Under the pieces are notes generated by a model, which saw nothing but the letters and a program-made list of their open reading frames with translations, ran no database searches and was not told where the DNA came from. The position numbers were made by a program, and so were the translations under genes. A stretch of DNA of 64,000 nt from Octopus bimaculoides (Eukaryota), in NCBI RefSeq assembly GCF_001194135.2, contig NC_068999.1:49749601-49813600 (forward strand), read 5' to 3'. Below, piece after piece: positions 51,329-64,000 of the stretch. Position 1 is the stretch's first letter; each line of letters begins with the position of its first letter.

Positions 51329-51573
51329 NNNNNNNNNNNNNNNNNNNNNNNNNNNNNNNNNNNNNNNNNNNNNNNNNNNNNNNNNNNNNNNNNNNNNNNN
51401 NNNNNNNNNNNNNNNNNNNNNNNNNNNNNNNNNNNNNNNNNNNNNNNNNNNNNNNNNNNNNNNNNNNNNNNNNNNNNNNNNNNNNNNNNNNNNNNNNNNN
51501 NNNNNNNNNNNNNNNNNNNNNNNNNNNNNNNNNNNNNNNNNNNNNNNNNNNNNNNNNNNNNNNNNNNNNNNNN

Positions 51574-51618
<45 letters not shown>

Positions 51619-51630
51619 AATACACGCACA

Positions 51631-51663
<33 letters not shown>

Positions 51664-52459
51664 TCACACTCACACACACTCACATAGATGCTACTTTAGA
51701 ATATATCCACCTTTGATCGTAAAACATAATTTATAATTCAGAATATACTATAAATCATACAACTATACTCATTCCTTTCCAAATCATAGTTTGCTGTTTC
51801 GGTGTCTATCGAAGAATTATATTTAACGTAGAAATGTTTTTCTTGTCTTCAGTCAGTAAGTGTTTTTCCTACTTGCTTCTATCTTCAAACCAAAGGAAAT
51901 GACTACTGTCCCCTTCAAACTTTACTTTTGTGACATAAACATCAATGTTTTGAAAGTGATCTATTTTCCATTTACATTTCAGACAGTTTCAGTGTTGAGT
52001 CGCTGAAGTAGAAATATCGTTATAGCAAACATTCAAGTCAGTATCACACAGATATGCCTATTAGTTGCTTAATCTTAACCACTTGAGCATGCCCCTTAGT
52101 ATCTGGCAGTATGTGTCTCTCTGATCTAGAGCAGATCAGTGGGGGAGCATTATAGCTATGTCTTTGGGGGTTTGAATAAACGTAACAAAATCAACGTTTG
52201 GAGGAAATGTTAGCCATTTTTCATACTTTCTAAGGGTAAGCAAACAGAAAATAACAGTTGCTATTCAAGAACAAACATCGTGTTACACTGTGTTATTAAA
52301 TTAAGTACACGTAACTGTACATTAGTATAAATGAGGCAAGTTTATTAATATTGTAGAGTACAAAGTACTAATCTCTGCAAGGTACTACTTAACTAATCAG
52401 GGGTTCCAGACCATCAGTGTCTTGAAAGTTGGTGTTGCACCTGTAGCATCATATCGATT

Positions 52460-53100
52460 CCAATTTTGACAAAAGGCCAGCATTTTCGGAGGAAGTGGGA
52501 AGTCAATTACATCGGCCCCAGTGCTCAACTGGCACTTATTTTATCGATGCTGAAAGGAATGAAAAACAAAGTCGACCGCGGTGGAATTTGAGCTCAGAAC
52601 GTAAAGATGGACGAAACCCCCGCTAAACATTTTGCCCGGCGTGCTAACGGTTCTGCCAACTCACCGCCTTTCCTGTACCTTAAAAGCCTTTCTACTATAG
52701 GCACAGTACGTAACTGGTACGTATTTCATCGACCCCGAAACGATGAGAGACAAAGTCCACCTCAGTAGAATTTGAACTTCGAGCATACGGTTGAACGAAA
52801 TGCCACCAAGCATGCCCGGCGTGCTAACGATTCTGCCAGCTCGTTCACATTTCCTGTACCTTAATATCCTTTCAGCTGGAAACATAAGGCCTCAAATTTT
52901 GGGGGAAGGCATTAAATAGATTACATCGACCCCAGCGCATAGCTGGTACTAATTTTATTGACCCCCGGAAAGATAAAAGGTTAAGTCGACCTCGGCTGAA
53001 TTTGAACTCAGAACGTAGCGACTTGCGAAATACGGTTAAGCATTACCTTCCAGCGTGCTATCGATTCTGCCAGCTCCCTGCCTTTCGCGCACCTTAATAT
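52460..53100 (-). mobile_element. Three head-to-tail SINE family B units
   Basis: Each unit ends on the plus strand in gcgtgcta(a/t)cg(g/a)ttctgcca..ctc...tttc(ctgt/gcgc)accttaa. Confidence 0.9.
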
Positions 53101-53667
53101 CGATAGCAATTAAAATTTTAAGTTTCCTAATAATTTTGGTCGCCGCTACATAGCCAAAATTCCAATTCCAAACAGCAATTTATTGTGGAATGGAATTATG
53201 AACAATTCATGAGAAACACAGAATAATGCCTTTTATTTTTACTTTTAATTCTTCTTTTCTGAACAATTTTATTCTGCATAAGTTAATATTTTATGTCATT
53301 GTAAAATTTTATGTGAATATTTTCTCGTTTACATTTGCATGTATGTGTTTATATATGAGAGCGTGTGTATGTATATGTACATATATACATACATGCATAC
53401 ATACATATATATATATACACACACATGTATATATGTACATATATGTATATATGTAGGTAACATATATATATATATATATATATANNNNNNNNNNNNNNNN
53501 NNNNNNNNNNNNNNNNNNNNNNNNNNNNNNNNNNNNNNNNNNNNNNNNNNNNNNNNNNNNNNNNNNNNNNNNNNNNNNNNNNNNNNNNNNNNNNNNNNNN
53601 NNNNNNNNNNNNNNNNNNNNNNNNNNNNNNNNNNNNNNNNNNNNNNNNNNNNNNNNNNNNNNNNNNA

Positions 53668-53707
<40 letters not shown>

Positions 53708-54138
53708 CATATATGAACATGTATGCACATGTATATATCATTAGATACACACGCATTTCTTTGTTGATGCGTATATATGTATATATCTACATTTATATCT
53801 GTCTATGCATATATAATGACTTATATTATTGTTCGCTATCCATTATCACCAGGAAGGTTGTTGGCAAACGTAACATCTATTTCAATTTCTGTCATTATTT
53901 ATTATGATAGATTGCAATAACGTCTGATTCCTGAGTTCCCTTGTAGATATTATACATACATTTCTTCAATGACTTTTGATACATTGAACGCTTTGATAAT
54001 AATACATAAACTGAAGTTGATATTAGAAAGCAAAAATTAAAAATATCACGAAATATCACGCCATTTCAAATTGACAACACAAAGTAAATGTGCTTTGTGT
54101 GTACGAGCATGCGTTTTAGAATCAATACTTTTGAACAT

Positions 54139-54300
54139 AGGCGCAGGCTGGCTGCGTGACAGGAAACTTGCTTCCCAACCACATGGGGCTCTGGGTTCAG
54201 TCCCACTGCGTGGCACCTTGGGTGAAGTGTCTTGAACTATAACCTCGGGCCGACCATGTGAGTGCATTTGGTAGATGGAAGCAGAAAGAAACCTGTCACA
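54139..54300 (+). mobile_element. SINE family A, full head
   Basis: aggcgcaggctggctgcgtg...cttgcttcccaaccacatgg...gttcagtcccactgcgtggcaccttgggtgaagtgtctt. Confidence 0.9.
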
Positions 54301-54319
54301 CACACACACACATGAGAAA

Positions 54320-54494
54320 AGAGAAAGCGGTCCAGGGGTATTACCAGCCGTGGCAGAACTGCTGGGAGAAGTGTGTAAACTCTCAAGGGGAGTATTTTGA
54401 AGGTAACTCAATAAAATTTGTGAAATGTACAAAATTGTGTTTTTTTTTTGTTTCTTTATACTCAAATGTCGGACACCTTTTCAACTCACCTCTA
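54320..54494 (+). mobile_element. Mariner-like transposon 3' end
   Basis: AVQGYYQPWQNCWEKCVNSQGEYFEGN (WxKCVxxxGEYFE motif) followed by TIR-like gtcggacaccttttcaactcacctcTA. Confidence 0.8.
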
Positions 54495-54717
54495 AGGACA
54501 AAATGTCGTATCATGGTGGATAAAGTTGTATTTTCTTCTCTTTCTTTTTCTTCTTTTTTCCAAAGAACTCACTGTGGAAATCATAACTCTTTAATATCAT
54601 TGTACTGTATTACATGAAACAAAGTTAAAAATACTGAAGTGAGCCAGTAAAGAAAGTACGTGTCAAAGACAAGAAACGAACTGTTGACCTTTCTCAGATA
54701 TTTGCTGACATTTTTAC

Positions 54718-54805
54718 CCACACGGAGTGTTACGCTATGGTCGCTAACTGTCGACACACTAAAATACGTTCTGTCATTTTTGAAGGTGAACAGAGGTTGA
54801 GCTCC
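54718..54805 (-). CDS. Candidate exon (GAQPLFTFKNDRTYFSVSTVSDHSVTLRV)
   Basis: gttggtgtttatag acceptor, GTAAAA donor, open phase 0-to-1; not directly phase-linked to the next candidate. Confidence 0.25.
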
Positions 54806-56173
54806 CTATAAACACCAACGATAACACACAGTGAGGGGAATATACACGAGATTACATGGACAATCGTTATAGTGACCTCTCTTTCAATATGCAATATCTA
54901 AATGGTTTTTGGGTTCAGCGTTTAAAAAGTTGCTCTTAAGTATCAATGATTTTCATTTTTATTTTATTCTTGAAATATATATATCGTTTATTTATTTGTT
55001 TATTTATTGACGAAAGAAAATGTCTGAAAGCAACATATTTACTATAAATAATATTTCCTTTGCTCCCCATTTTTACCGCATTCACTGAGAACGTTGAAGA
55101 ACGTAAAACTGTAAATCTAACAAATTATGAGTAAGTTCAGTGTAAATGTGATTAGAGCAGAAGCTCAGATATAAATGGATTATCGATAAATTTTATATTA
55201 TTTGTTTTTCTGTTTTTTTCCTGTAACATGAAACCAATTCGCCATTTCTACAACCATTATTTCACTATTGGAAACAGATTTATCAATAGAACCAACGAAC
55301 AATAGATGTGTAACTAACAATAAATTCAGAAATATTACACTGGATCCGATAAACAGCCAAAAGGAAATTTATATACACACACACCTGGCTCTCCATGACT
55401 TTCACTCACATACGCACACGCATAAACACACACATACGCATACACACGGGCGCACCCACTTACCAACTCACACACACGCACGCACAAACTCGCACACACA
55501 CACATATTTTTGTACAACTGTTCTGCTTCCTCCCTCTCCATCTTTTTATCCGCTTTCTCTCTTTCTCTTTCTCAATTCGTTTTTCTCTTTCTCTCACCCT
55601 CTCTTCTGTGTTTTTGATAAACCTCCACATTCTCTCAGACACACCCACACATGTGCAAACACATATACAAACACACACACAAACACACACACATATGTAT
55701 ATATACATGTAAACAAATACATACATACTTATGCACATATACATTTATACACAATCATATATACAAATGTATGTAATTGTACATATATATATATATATAT
55801 ATTCATACACATATAAATACAAACACACATATATGAGAGAGAGCGAGAGAGAGAGCTGATTTTTGTGATAGAATAATGGAATGAAAATACACTGAACGAA
55901 TTAGTAGAGTTGTCAACATTGCCATATCTCTGATAATTCTTCGCATGTTGTTATTCCCGGAAGGGTTTTAGCTGTATGTGGAAAGTTTTTGAAAAAATAT
56001 TTATACTACCATAATGACAACTTTAATATTGAAGTAGGGCTCTGATGTGTTTGAAATGTGTAAAAATATTCAGGAGTATTAATTGTAAAGTATGTGGTGG
56101 TAGCGACTGTGAAGTTTGGAAATTACAGTATCAACAGCTCGCCTTGTCTTTTTTTAATATCTGTACTCTTTGC

Positions 56174-56360
56174 AACGCTGCCAGAATCGTTAGCAAGCCA
56201 GGCAAACTTTTTGGCGGCAGTTCGTCCGTCTTTACGTTCAATTCAAATTCCGCTGAGGTCGACTTTGCCTTTCATCCTTTCGGGGTCGATAAATTAAGTA
56301 CCAGTTACGCACTAATCCCATGGCCGCACGTCAGTGACTGAAACAAGTGAAAGGAAACAG
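56174..56360 (+). mobile_element. SINE family B joined to module C tail
   Basis: ctgccagaatcgttagc...gtcgactttgcctttcatcctttcggggtcgataaattaagtaccagttacgcact, then catggccgcacgtcagtgactgaaacaagt. Confidence 0.85.
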
Positions 56361-56394
56361 TTTCCGCTAAACAAAAATTCACTGACGAGGAATT

Positions 56395-56453
<59 letters not shown>

Positions 56454-56515
56454 ATTATTATTATTTATTAATATTATTATTTTTATTATTATTATTATTA
56501 TAATTATTATTATTA

Positions 56516-56556
<41 letters not shown>

Positions 56557-56570
56557 CATCATCATCATCN
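56395..56570. repeat. (ATT)n/(ATC)n microsatellite running into a gap
   Basis: Directly visible. Confidence 0.95.
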
Positions 56571-57884
56571 NNNNNNNNNNNNNNNNNNNNNNNNNNNNNN
56601 NNNNNNNNNNNNNNNNNNNNNNNNNNNNNNNNNNNNNNNNNNNNNNNNNNNNNNNNNNNNNNNNNNNNNNNNNNNNNNNNNNNNNNNNNNNNNNNNNNNN
56701 NNNNNNNNNNNNNNNNNNNNNNNNNNNNNNNNNNNNNNNNNNNNNNNNNNNNNNNNNNNNNNNNNNNNNNNNNNNNNNNNNNNNNNNNNNNNNNNNNNNN
56801 NNNNNNNNNNNNNNNNNNNNNNNNNNNNNNNNNNNNNNNNNNNNNNNNNNNNNNNNNNNNNNNNNNNNNNNNNNNNNNNNNNNNNNNNNNNNNNNNNNNN
56901 NNNNNNNNNATTCCTGGCACTACTATTATATCAGCCGTTGCTTCCTAGACGAAATAATTTTTTTTGGAATCAAAATCAGTTTATGGTAATGCAATTATAT
57001 AAATAAAACTTATTGTGATAACTGAAGAAAAGAAAATAATTCGTATCGGTAATTAAGTTAAAGCCATTAGCATAAATTAAAACCTTGAAGAAAAAATGTT
57101 GATTAATTCTTTTGATTTAATAAAAGAATTAACTGATGATTTTGACAGACACAAAAATTTAGGATATAAAAAAATATTTTGTAAGGCAAGATATATGGTT
57201 ATCATGATAAGCAGGAACTTTGCCAGAGCATCGATGAATTAATCCAATAGAGATAGTTTCGATTCGGTTCGATCTCTCAGCTGAGATTGATCATTTCTAT
57301 CACTTCAAATACGAGAGATTATGATTTAAGAATTATGGTACTTCAGAAACCAATACTAGATTAGCAGTTAATTCTAATTAATTGTACAATGAATCTCAAC
57401 CGATTGTAACTCAGGCGCCCAATTTTTCACGACATGGCTGTTTTTTTTTACAAAGGCCCTTCCACCAATAAATGTTTCGCAAAAGTAATAGGTTATTCTA
57501 ACCAAAACAGCAGTTAATTTTGAGCAATGATTTATACTCCATTTTCCTTTATACTACCCCATCAAACATGCGCTACTTTTAAGTATTGCTGTGAACTAGT
57601 GTTAGTTTTGGGGGTTTTATGTGGAAATTACTAAAAATGGAGAGGAATGAGAAATTATGGGTTTGATTTTATGACTCATGAATTGCTTGATCGATTTATA
57701 ATTACGCGAGCCAATACATAAACACAATTGGTTCCATGATTAAGAAATTCACTTCCGGTTTCATATCCCTTGTATGACATGTTCCTCAATAGCTTCAAGT
57801 TGGCCAATGCAATAAGCGTAGATTTTGGTGGTGGGGGAGATATTTTGTGATAAGAGAAGAATTTAATATTTTTCTAAAGAAAAA

Positions 57885-58003
57885 AGCGGCGAGCTGGTAG
57901 ACTTGTTAGCGGTATTTTGTCCGTTTTTAACGTCGACAGATTAAATGCCGCAGGCGCCTACTTTGCCTTTCATGCTTCCGGGGTCGGTAAAATAAGTACC
58001 AGC
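57885..58003 (+). mobile_element. Degenerate SINE family B
   Basis: gcggcgagctggtagacttgttagcggtattttgtccg...tttgcctttcatgcttccggggtcggtaaaataagtaccag. Confidence 0.8.
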
Positions 58004-58724
58004 TCCAATCTTGTACTGTCAGCTCTATACACAACCGAAAACTTTAATAAACATATTGAACCTACTCTCTCCAGACAAATTTTAACTATATACAAAATTT
58101 ATATGTGTGTGTTTGCGTTTCACTGTGTGTCTATATATGTGTGAGAATATATGCGTGTTTATTTGCTTATATATGTGTGTGTATGCATAGCTTTGTGTAT
58201 GTTTGAATGTATATATGACATACATATACACGCGTGTATACAGACTATTATTAATCTAACACAAAGGTATGCGTTATTAACTTTTCAAAATGCTCATGAT
58301 TAATTCTATTTAGTACAGCATGAGAATGAAAATCTAATTTCATTTAATTGAATTTATTGTAAGCATCGGTCAAATTATATCTAGCTCTTTGCTGCATAGT
58401 AATTATTTTTCTGCCAAAACTCCTCATCAGCCTTCACCTTCCATCGTCTTGTGGATCTACCGATGTATTATATTTAGCAAAGTATAGTTTCATTTTAATA
58501 TATCTTCTATATTTAGGTTTTCGTTTAGCCATTACTTTCCCAGTTTATCTGACTCTCTACGTAGCAAGTTCACCTAAGCCTGCTCGCCATTGTTATAATT
58601 GTTCGCTTACTTCATTACTTGTTCCTTGCGTTGCATATACATACATATACGTACGCAGAAAACACATAAACACATACGCATGATACCAGTATGTGTGTTT
58701 AACCATTTCTTTCCCATCTTATTT

Positions 58725-58980
58725 GAAGGCGCGGGACTTAGTGGTTAGGGTATACGACTCACGATCGCAAGATCACGAGTTCGATTTCCGCCGGCGCGTC
58801 CTTGAGCAAGACACTTTATTTCACGTTGCTTTAGTCCACTCAGCTGGCAAAAATGAGTTGTACCAGTATTTCAAGCTGAATCTCCCTGAGAACTACGTTT
58901 AGCGCAAACGTGTTTGTGGAGTGCTCAGCCACTTGCACGTTAATTTCAAGAGCAGGCTGTTTCGTTGAACGAATTAGCTG
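58725..58980 (+). mobile_element. SINE family D with tail E
   Basis: gaaggcgcgggacttagtggttagggtatacgactcacgatcg...gagttcgatttcc...ccttgagcaagacactttatttcacgttgc... Confidence 0.9.
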
Positions 58981-59380
58981 TGTACGTGCGCGCGCGGGTG
59001 TGTATCACTGCGTATTAGTGTTTACAGAGAAATACCAAGTATTTTTGCATACACAAAATGCCGTTTTGCACAAAGCAGGGTTCAACGTAAATTTTTAGCT
59101 AAGTTCAATGTCATCCGTAAGTAATTGTATAGTTATATGTGTTTATTTACAGCCTTGCTTTGTCAACGAATATATATTTCTATATACTGTGTGTGATTGC
59201 AAAGATTTTTTTTAAAAAAGCCCTCAAATAACTGCTGTCAGATTTTAATCAAGTACCGCCATTGCATCTGGTTTTGCCCGAAAATTCCTTCAGAGCAGAG
59301 AATATACTTTCATATATAAATTGTATGTGGATACACACATACAGCTATACATACACACACACACACAAATACATACATAC

Positions 59381-59446
<66 letters not shown>

Positions 59447-59704
59447 GCATACTTATATGTATGAATGTGGTAGGTGGTTTATGATTTAAACTAAAGATAT
59501 TTGATTCTGTCTGACTATGTTAAGAATCTTCGAGAAATCCAATACTCAGAAATAAAGAGATATATTGCCGAATACGTAATAAAGAAAGCTCAACATTTCT
59601 TAGAAAGTCCCAAGATAAAGTGTGACATGTGACTAAATAAAACCAGTGAGTAAGCGTAATTAAATTCTTTCCTGCTGTCAAATTTCTCCAATCCACTTTA
59701 TAAG

Positions 59705-59950
59705 ACAAGTCGCTTGAGGAGGAAGTACCACGTTTTCGGTAAATATACTTCTCGTGTCCTACGCAGCTTTTCACAATAACGACGTAAATTGCCAGCGAAT
59801 TTTCAATTACCTTCGGCGTTTAATTTATTTACGCTATCGCTCCGTCTCCGTTCGATCCGTATTACTAGAACTGCTTATTGTCAATATTCATGAAGCTACT
59901 TGACTTAAATAAATGCCTCTACGCGTGTGAACACACCAACGTGGAATGCA
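59705..59950 (-). promoter_or_regulatory. Putative CpG-rich promoter / non-coding first exon of gene A
   Basis: 16 CpG counted in 59711-59859 in non-SINE DNA; minus-strand donor cgaag|GTAATT after 59811. Confidence 0.35.
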
Positions 59951-60019
59951 CATTGTGAGAACAAAAATACAGCATACTAGAAACTGAAGTCAATACAGTT
60001 ATGGCTTCTGATTTTGAAG

Positions 60020-60200
60020 CTAGGCCAACAATTTTGAGGGAAGTATTTATCAAATACTATCGACTTGACTGGTACTTTGTTTTATTGATCTGCGTTGGAG
60101 TTTATGAAAGGTAAAGTTTGACCTCGGCGAAGTTTCAACACAACATAAAAATGCAGAACAAATGGCGTAGGGCATTTTCTCTGGCGCTCTAACAGCTATC
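60020..60200 (-). mobile_element. Degenerate SINE family B
   Basis: aaggccaacaattttgagggg...actggtactttgttttattgatc...atgaaaggtaaagtttgacctcggcg. Confidence 0.75.
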
Positions 60201-60899
60201 TTCTGAATCTCTAATATTTTCCCACAAATCCATTGCCTAGGACTGGTTCTTTCGTTTATGATACAGGGTGGCTCTGTAATCACTGACGGGTTTTAAGCTT
60301 CAATAACTCTTTTATTTTTACAAATAGCTATATGAAATTTTTATTCAATATACAGGAGATAATGGTGATTTGCATTAGTCCTGTTTCATCACACCTCTGC
60401 ATTGCTTATGAAAAAGGACATCTTTTAAATGGCGTCCATTTTCAGCTCCACACTTTATGGGGTACAATTCTCTTTGGCGTACTGCTCTCAGATTTTCAGA
60501 GCCTCCAAACCGACAATTTTGTCTGTTGATGAACCCATTCAAATGAAAATTTTGAGTAAAATTTGGGTCATTTCAAACTAATTCCTGGATTCTGACAACG
60601 TATTGATGCCTGTTTTCATAGTACTGGAGCTTCAACTACTGAACCAACTATGGTTTCAAAGGACGTCGACGATTATAGAATTATGTACAATATTATTGTT
60701 ACGACTTCATCTGTAATTGGATCTTCGAATATTTTGACGACGAGAATTCAGTCGCTCGATTAACAGAGCGATTGACACTGAGCGAGCGAATAAGGGGCTA
60801 GAATATTCTACAAATGCCTAATTCTCTAGCGGAATGAGACTTGTAATACAGAGGAAAACCAACTCATTGAATACAGAGACAATCCATCTTCTCAACAGT

Positions 60900-61030
60900 T
60901 TGCCTTTGTCCTGTTCCTTCGTTAAGACTTGGAGCGGCTTGAAGCTAAAAACAACTTTTCAAGATGATATGTTGGGGGATTGAACCTCGAGCCACCCGAC
61001 TGCGAAGCTATTTTCTTAGCCATTCGACCT
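60900..61030 (-). mobile_element. tRNA-like SINE head fragment
   Basis: gggattgaacctcgagcc...ttagccattcgacc is the reverse of a B box/A box head. Confidence 0.5.
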
Positions 61031-61094
61031 CGAAGCCTCTTCGTACGTAGCGCTTTGAATATGAAGTAAAATCGAAGACACACAAAATTCGTTC

Positions 61095-61288
61095 TAATTT
61101 TGACACAAGCCCAGTGATTTTAGGGATTTCGTGGAACCCAGTGCTCAAATGGTATTTATTTTATCGACCCCGAATGGCAAAGTCGAGTTCGGTGGAATTT
61201 GAACTTCAGAACTAGACAGCCGTGAGAAGAAATGCTGCTAAGCATTTTGTCCAATGATTTGCTAACGATTCTACCAACTCGCCGCCTT
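61095..61288 (-). mobile_element. SINE family B
   Basis: aattttgacacaagccc...ttattttatcgaccccgaa...gaaatgctgctaagcatttt...ccaactcgccgcc. Confidence 0.85.
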
Positions 61289-62110
61289 ACACATAGAGCA
61301 ATATTGATGTTATTTGTTAGACAACAGACCGATAAACCATGGAGGAAATCGAAGAAATAATCTATTTTAGATAAAACATTTATATTATCTGTAATATTCT
61401 AAAGACAATTGAATCATAATCTATGAAAGGAAATCGAAGATATGTTATATACTCAACATTATATTATTCGCAAGACAACTGACTGATAAGCTCTGGAATA
61501 AAATCAAAGACACTTTGTTTCAGATAAAACTTCTATATTGTTTATATTATTCGATAGAGAATCGACTGATAAATGAATATTCTAAATTAAGTATGACATA
61601 TACATTGTCCATATGTTATTAAAATTCACAGTTCAATGGAATAGCTAATGTACTTGCTTCCAAAAGTCCAGCCATAATTTTTTTGTCTGATATGAAAACA
61701 AGGATGTGCGTTTTGTTAAGATAGACGGTAGCTTTACCAGTGTAACTGTACTGTAGCAGAATAATATTACAGGCAGGCTATGTCTTCTATTTCTTTCCAG
61801 AGTTGAGATTATTTGCTTTTTGTCATAAAGATAAAAATAATAGATAATAACATTCCATGGGGAAAAGAATATAGTTTTCAAGAGTTCTCTCCGAATGTTG
61901 CACCAGTACTTGACTGGTACTTATTATTCTATCGACACCGGAAAGATGAAAGGAAAACGACGACGACGATGACAAATGACGATGATGATGAAGATGAAGA
62001 TGATGACGATCAATACTGAGAAGAATGTAAAAGACTAGGATGGTGTTTTCTGTTTTTTTCTGTACAAGTATATGCATGTATGTTTAGGTGTGTATGTAAG
62101 GGTGTGCTTT

Positions 62111-62146
<36 letters not shown>

Positions 62147-62531
62147 NNNNNNNNNNNNNNNNNNNNNNNNNNNNNNNNNNNNNNNNNNNNNNNNNNNNNN
62201 NNNNNNNNNNNNNNNNNNNNNNNNNNNNNNNNNNNNNNNNNNNNNNNNNNNNNNNNNNNNNNNNNNNNNNNNNNNNNNNNNNNNNNNNNNNNNNNNNNNN
62301 NNNNNNNNNNNNNNNNNNNNNNNNNNNNNNNTCTTCTCATCATTATTATTGACAGAGAGCGATCATTGTTTTTTTAGACAAACACTTGAAAGATCAAACA
62401 ATACAACACTTCTTAACCTCATCGTAAATAAGCGTTTGTCTGACATTTCTAATAAATCTCATCGCGATGAACAAGTTGGAAGCAATTTAGAGAGAGAAGT
62501 TGCGTTGAGGAAACGCTTTCAATCATTCGTC

Positions 62532-62584
<53 letters not shown>

Positions 62585-62913
62585 CCTTCCTTTCACTCCT
62601 CTCTTCCATCGGTTCCTCTCCTTTACCTTCTTCTTCTCAATTTCCTCCTCTACCTTTCAATTTGAATCCAGATTGCTTTTGATTTCTGCGCAAATCATGT
62701 TATGTATAAACACACGCACGCATACGCAAGCACACTGTCTCACACACACGCACACGCACACACACAAACACACGCGCGCACGCATGCACACAAACCACAC
62801 GCATACAGACACACGAACGCTTACATGGGTTTTCTAGAGTCTGCATTTGTAAGTTCTCAAAAGTGATTATATACACATACATACATCCATACATACATAC
62901 ATACATACATACA

Positions 62914-62945
<32 letters not shown>

Positions 62946-63035
62946 CACACACATATACGTATGTATGGATGTATGGATGTATGGATGTATATAATACATA
63001 TATGTATGTTTCCATGTATATAATATATAATAATA

Positions 63036-63073
<38 letters not shown>

Positions 63074-63234
63074 TTTTACTGTTTATAGACATTGGACGTA
63101 GGCCATGTTTAAGAGCTGCCTTCATGTACATGTATGAAATCGTGCATTAAATACATTAATCGATAACTATATTATTTGTAAGATAATCCTGTATCATATA
63201 TCCAAACACAATTTAAGATTGTTCATGATGGTGG

Positions 63235-63330
63235 CGCGGTTTTAAGTAATCGGATCGAAATGTTCAACTAAATCCCTCAAGGCGATGCCACAGCATGGCC
63301 GCAGTTCAATGACTGAAACGAATAAAAGAT
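63235..63330 (+). mobile_element. SINE module C tail
   Basis: caaggcgatgccacagcatggccgcagttcaatgactgaaacgaataaaag. Confidence 0.75.
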
Positions 63331-63361
63331 AAACGGTAAAGGTAACAGACAACCGCCTACG

Positions 63362-63480
63362 ATGGCACATGGCTTAGTGATAGTGGTCGTGGCGCTCAGG
63401 ATCGTAATGTCATGGGTTCAATTCCTTGAACAGGTGTCGCGTGGTGTCTTTCTTGTAATGCACTTTATTCCATTGTTCTC
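63362..63480 (+). mobile_element. Degenerate SINE family D head
   Basis: ggcacatggcttagtg...gctcaggatcgtaatgtcatgggttcaattcc...gcactttattcc. Confidence 0.7.
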
Positions 63481-63929
63481 CACCGAAAATTAGAACCACC
63501 CAGGTAATGGCACATCTCTTTCACCTTCCAGCTTCCACATCGTGGAGATACCGCTGGGACAAAGAATCGGAGTGACGAGAGGCCGTCTGTGTCTGCTCAC
63601 GACTACCTAGGCACCTGAGAAAATGTTAACTAAAAAAAGTGGTACCTATTAACAACCGATATTTGTTCACATGTAAAGGCTGGCTTAGACAATCATCAAT
63701 ACATTATATTTAACGCTTGCAAAATGAATTTGAGATATCAGAACTTATTAATATATTTAATATCAATATATCAAACTGAATATAATATGCTAACTTTATT
63801 AATCTTCGCCAGTTAATACATTTAATATTAATATATCGTTTAGTATCCTAACATATCAAGCCAAATTACTAATATTTATAATGAATATATTTTGCTATAC
63901 ATACGTATATACATAGATACATAGATACA

Positions 63930-63965
<36 letters not shown>

Positions 63966-64000
63966 TATACATATATATATATATATTTATATATATATAT

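Noticed and set aside
58725-58800. tRNA gene
   Set aside because: A and B boxes are present but there is no complete cloverleaf or terminator, and it runs into SINE body sequence; the same applies to all other heads

Overview
AT-rich eukaryotic scaffold with many N gaps and very dense microsatellites. It is most likely a coleoid cephalopod (octopus); this is inferred from the SINE types and repeat landscape and was not database-checked. Most of the window is intronic/intergenic DNA carrying several tRNA-derived SINE families, three mariner remnants, a MITE, decayed LINE ORF2 fragments and a U6 snRNA pseudogene. Most ORFs in the supplied track are microsatellite or N artefacts. Manual splice-site reading suggests two head-to-tail minus-strand multi-exon genes: A (~59.9 to ~36 kb) and B (~31.7 to ~10.7 kb). 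Each has a CpG-rich putative non-coding first exon, and they share an apparently homologous exon (E-x-Y-R-x-x-C...F-x-x-N-T). B appears to encode a secreted precursor with an RRKR site. A convergent plus-strand gene may end near 6.7 kb. All exon calls are unverified, and chance splice-like patterns are common in DNA this AT-rich. The clearest sequence-level oddities are: a canonical minimal hammerhead ribozyme with palindromic stem III (30813-30859, minus) plus two variants; seven TTAGGG repeats expanded inside a SINE A-box; a MITE with octamer+CCAAT terminal inverted repeats nested in that same SINE; a perfect 104-bp palindrome; a U6 pseudogene abutting a SINE; and a triplicated SINE unit.
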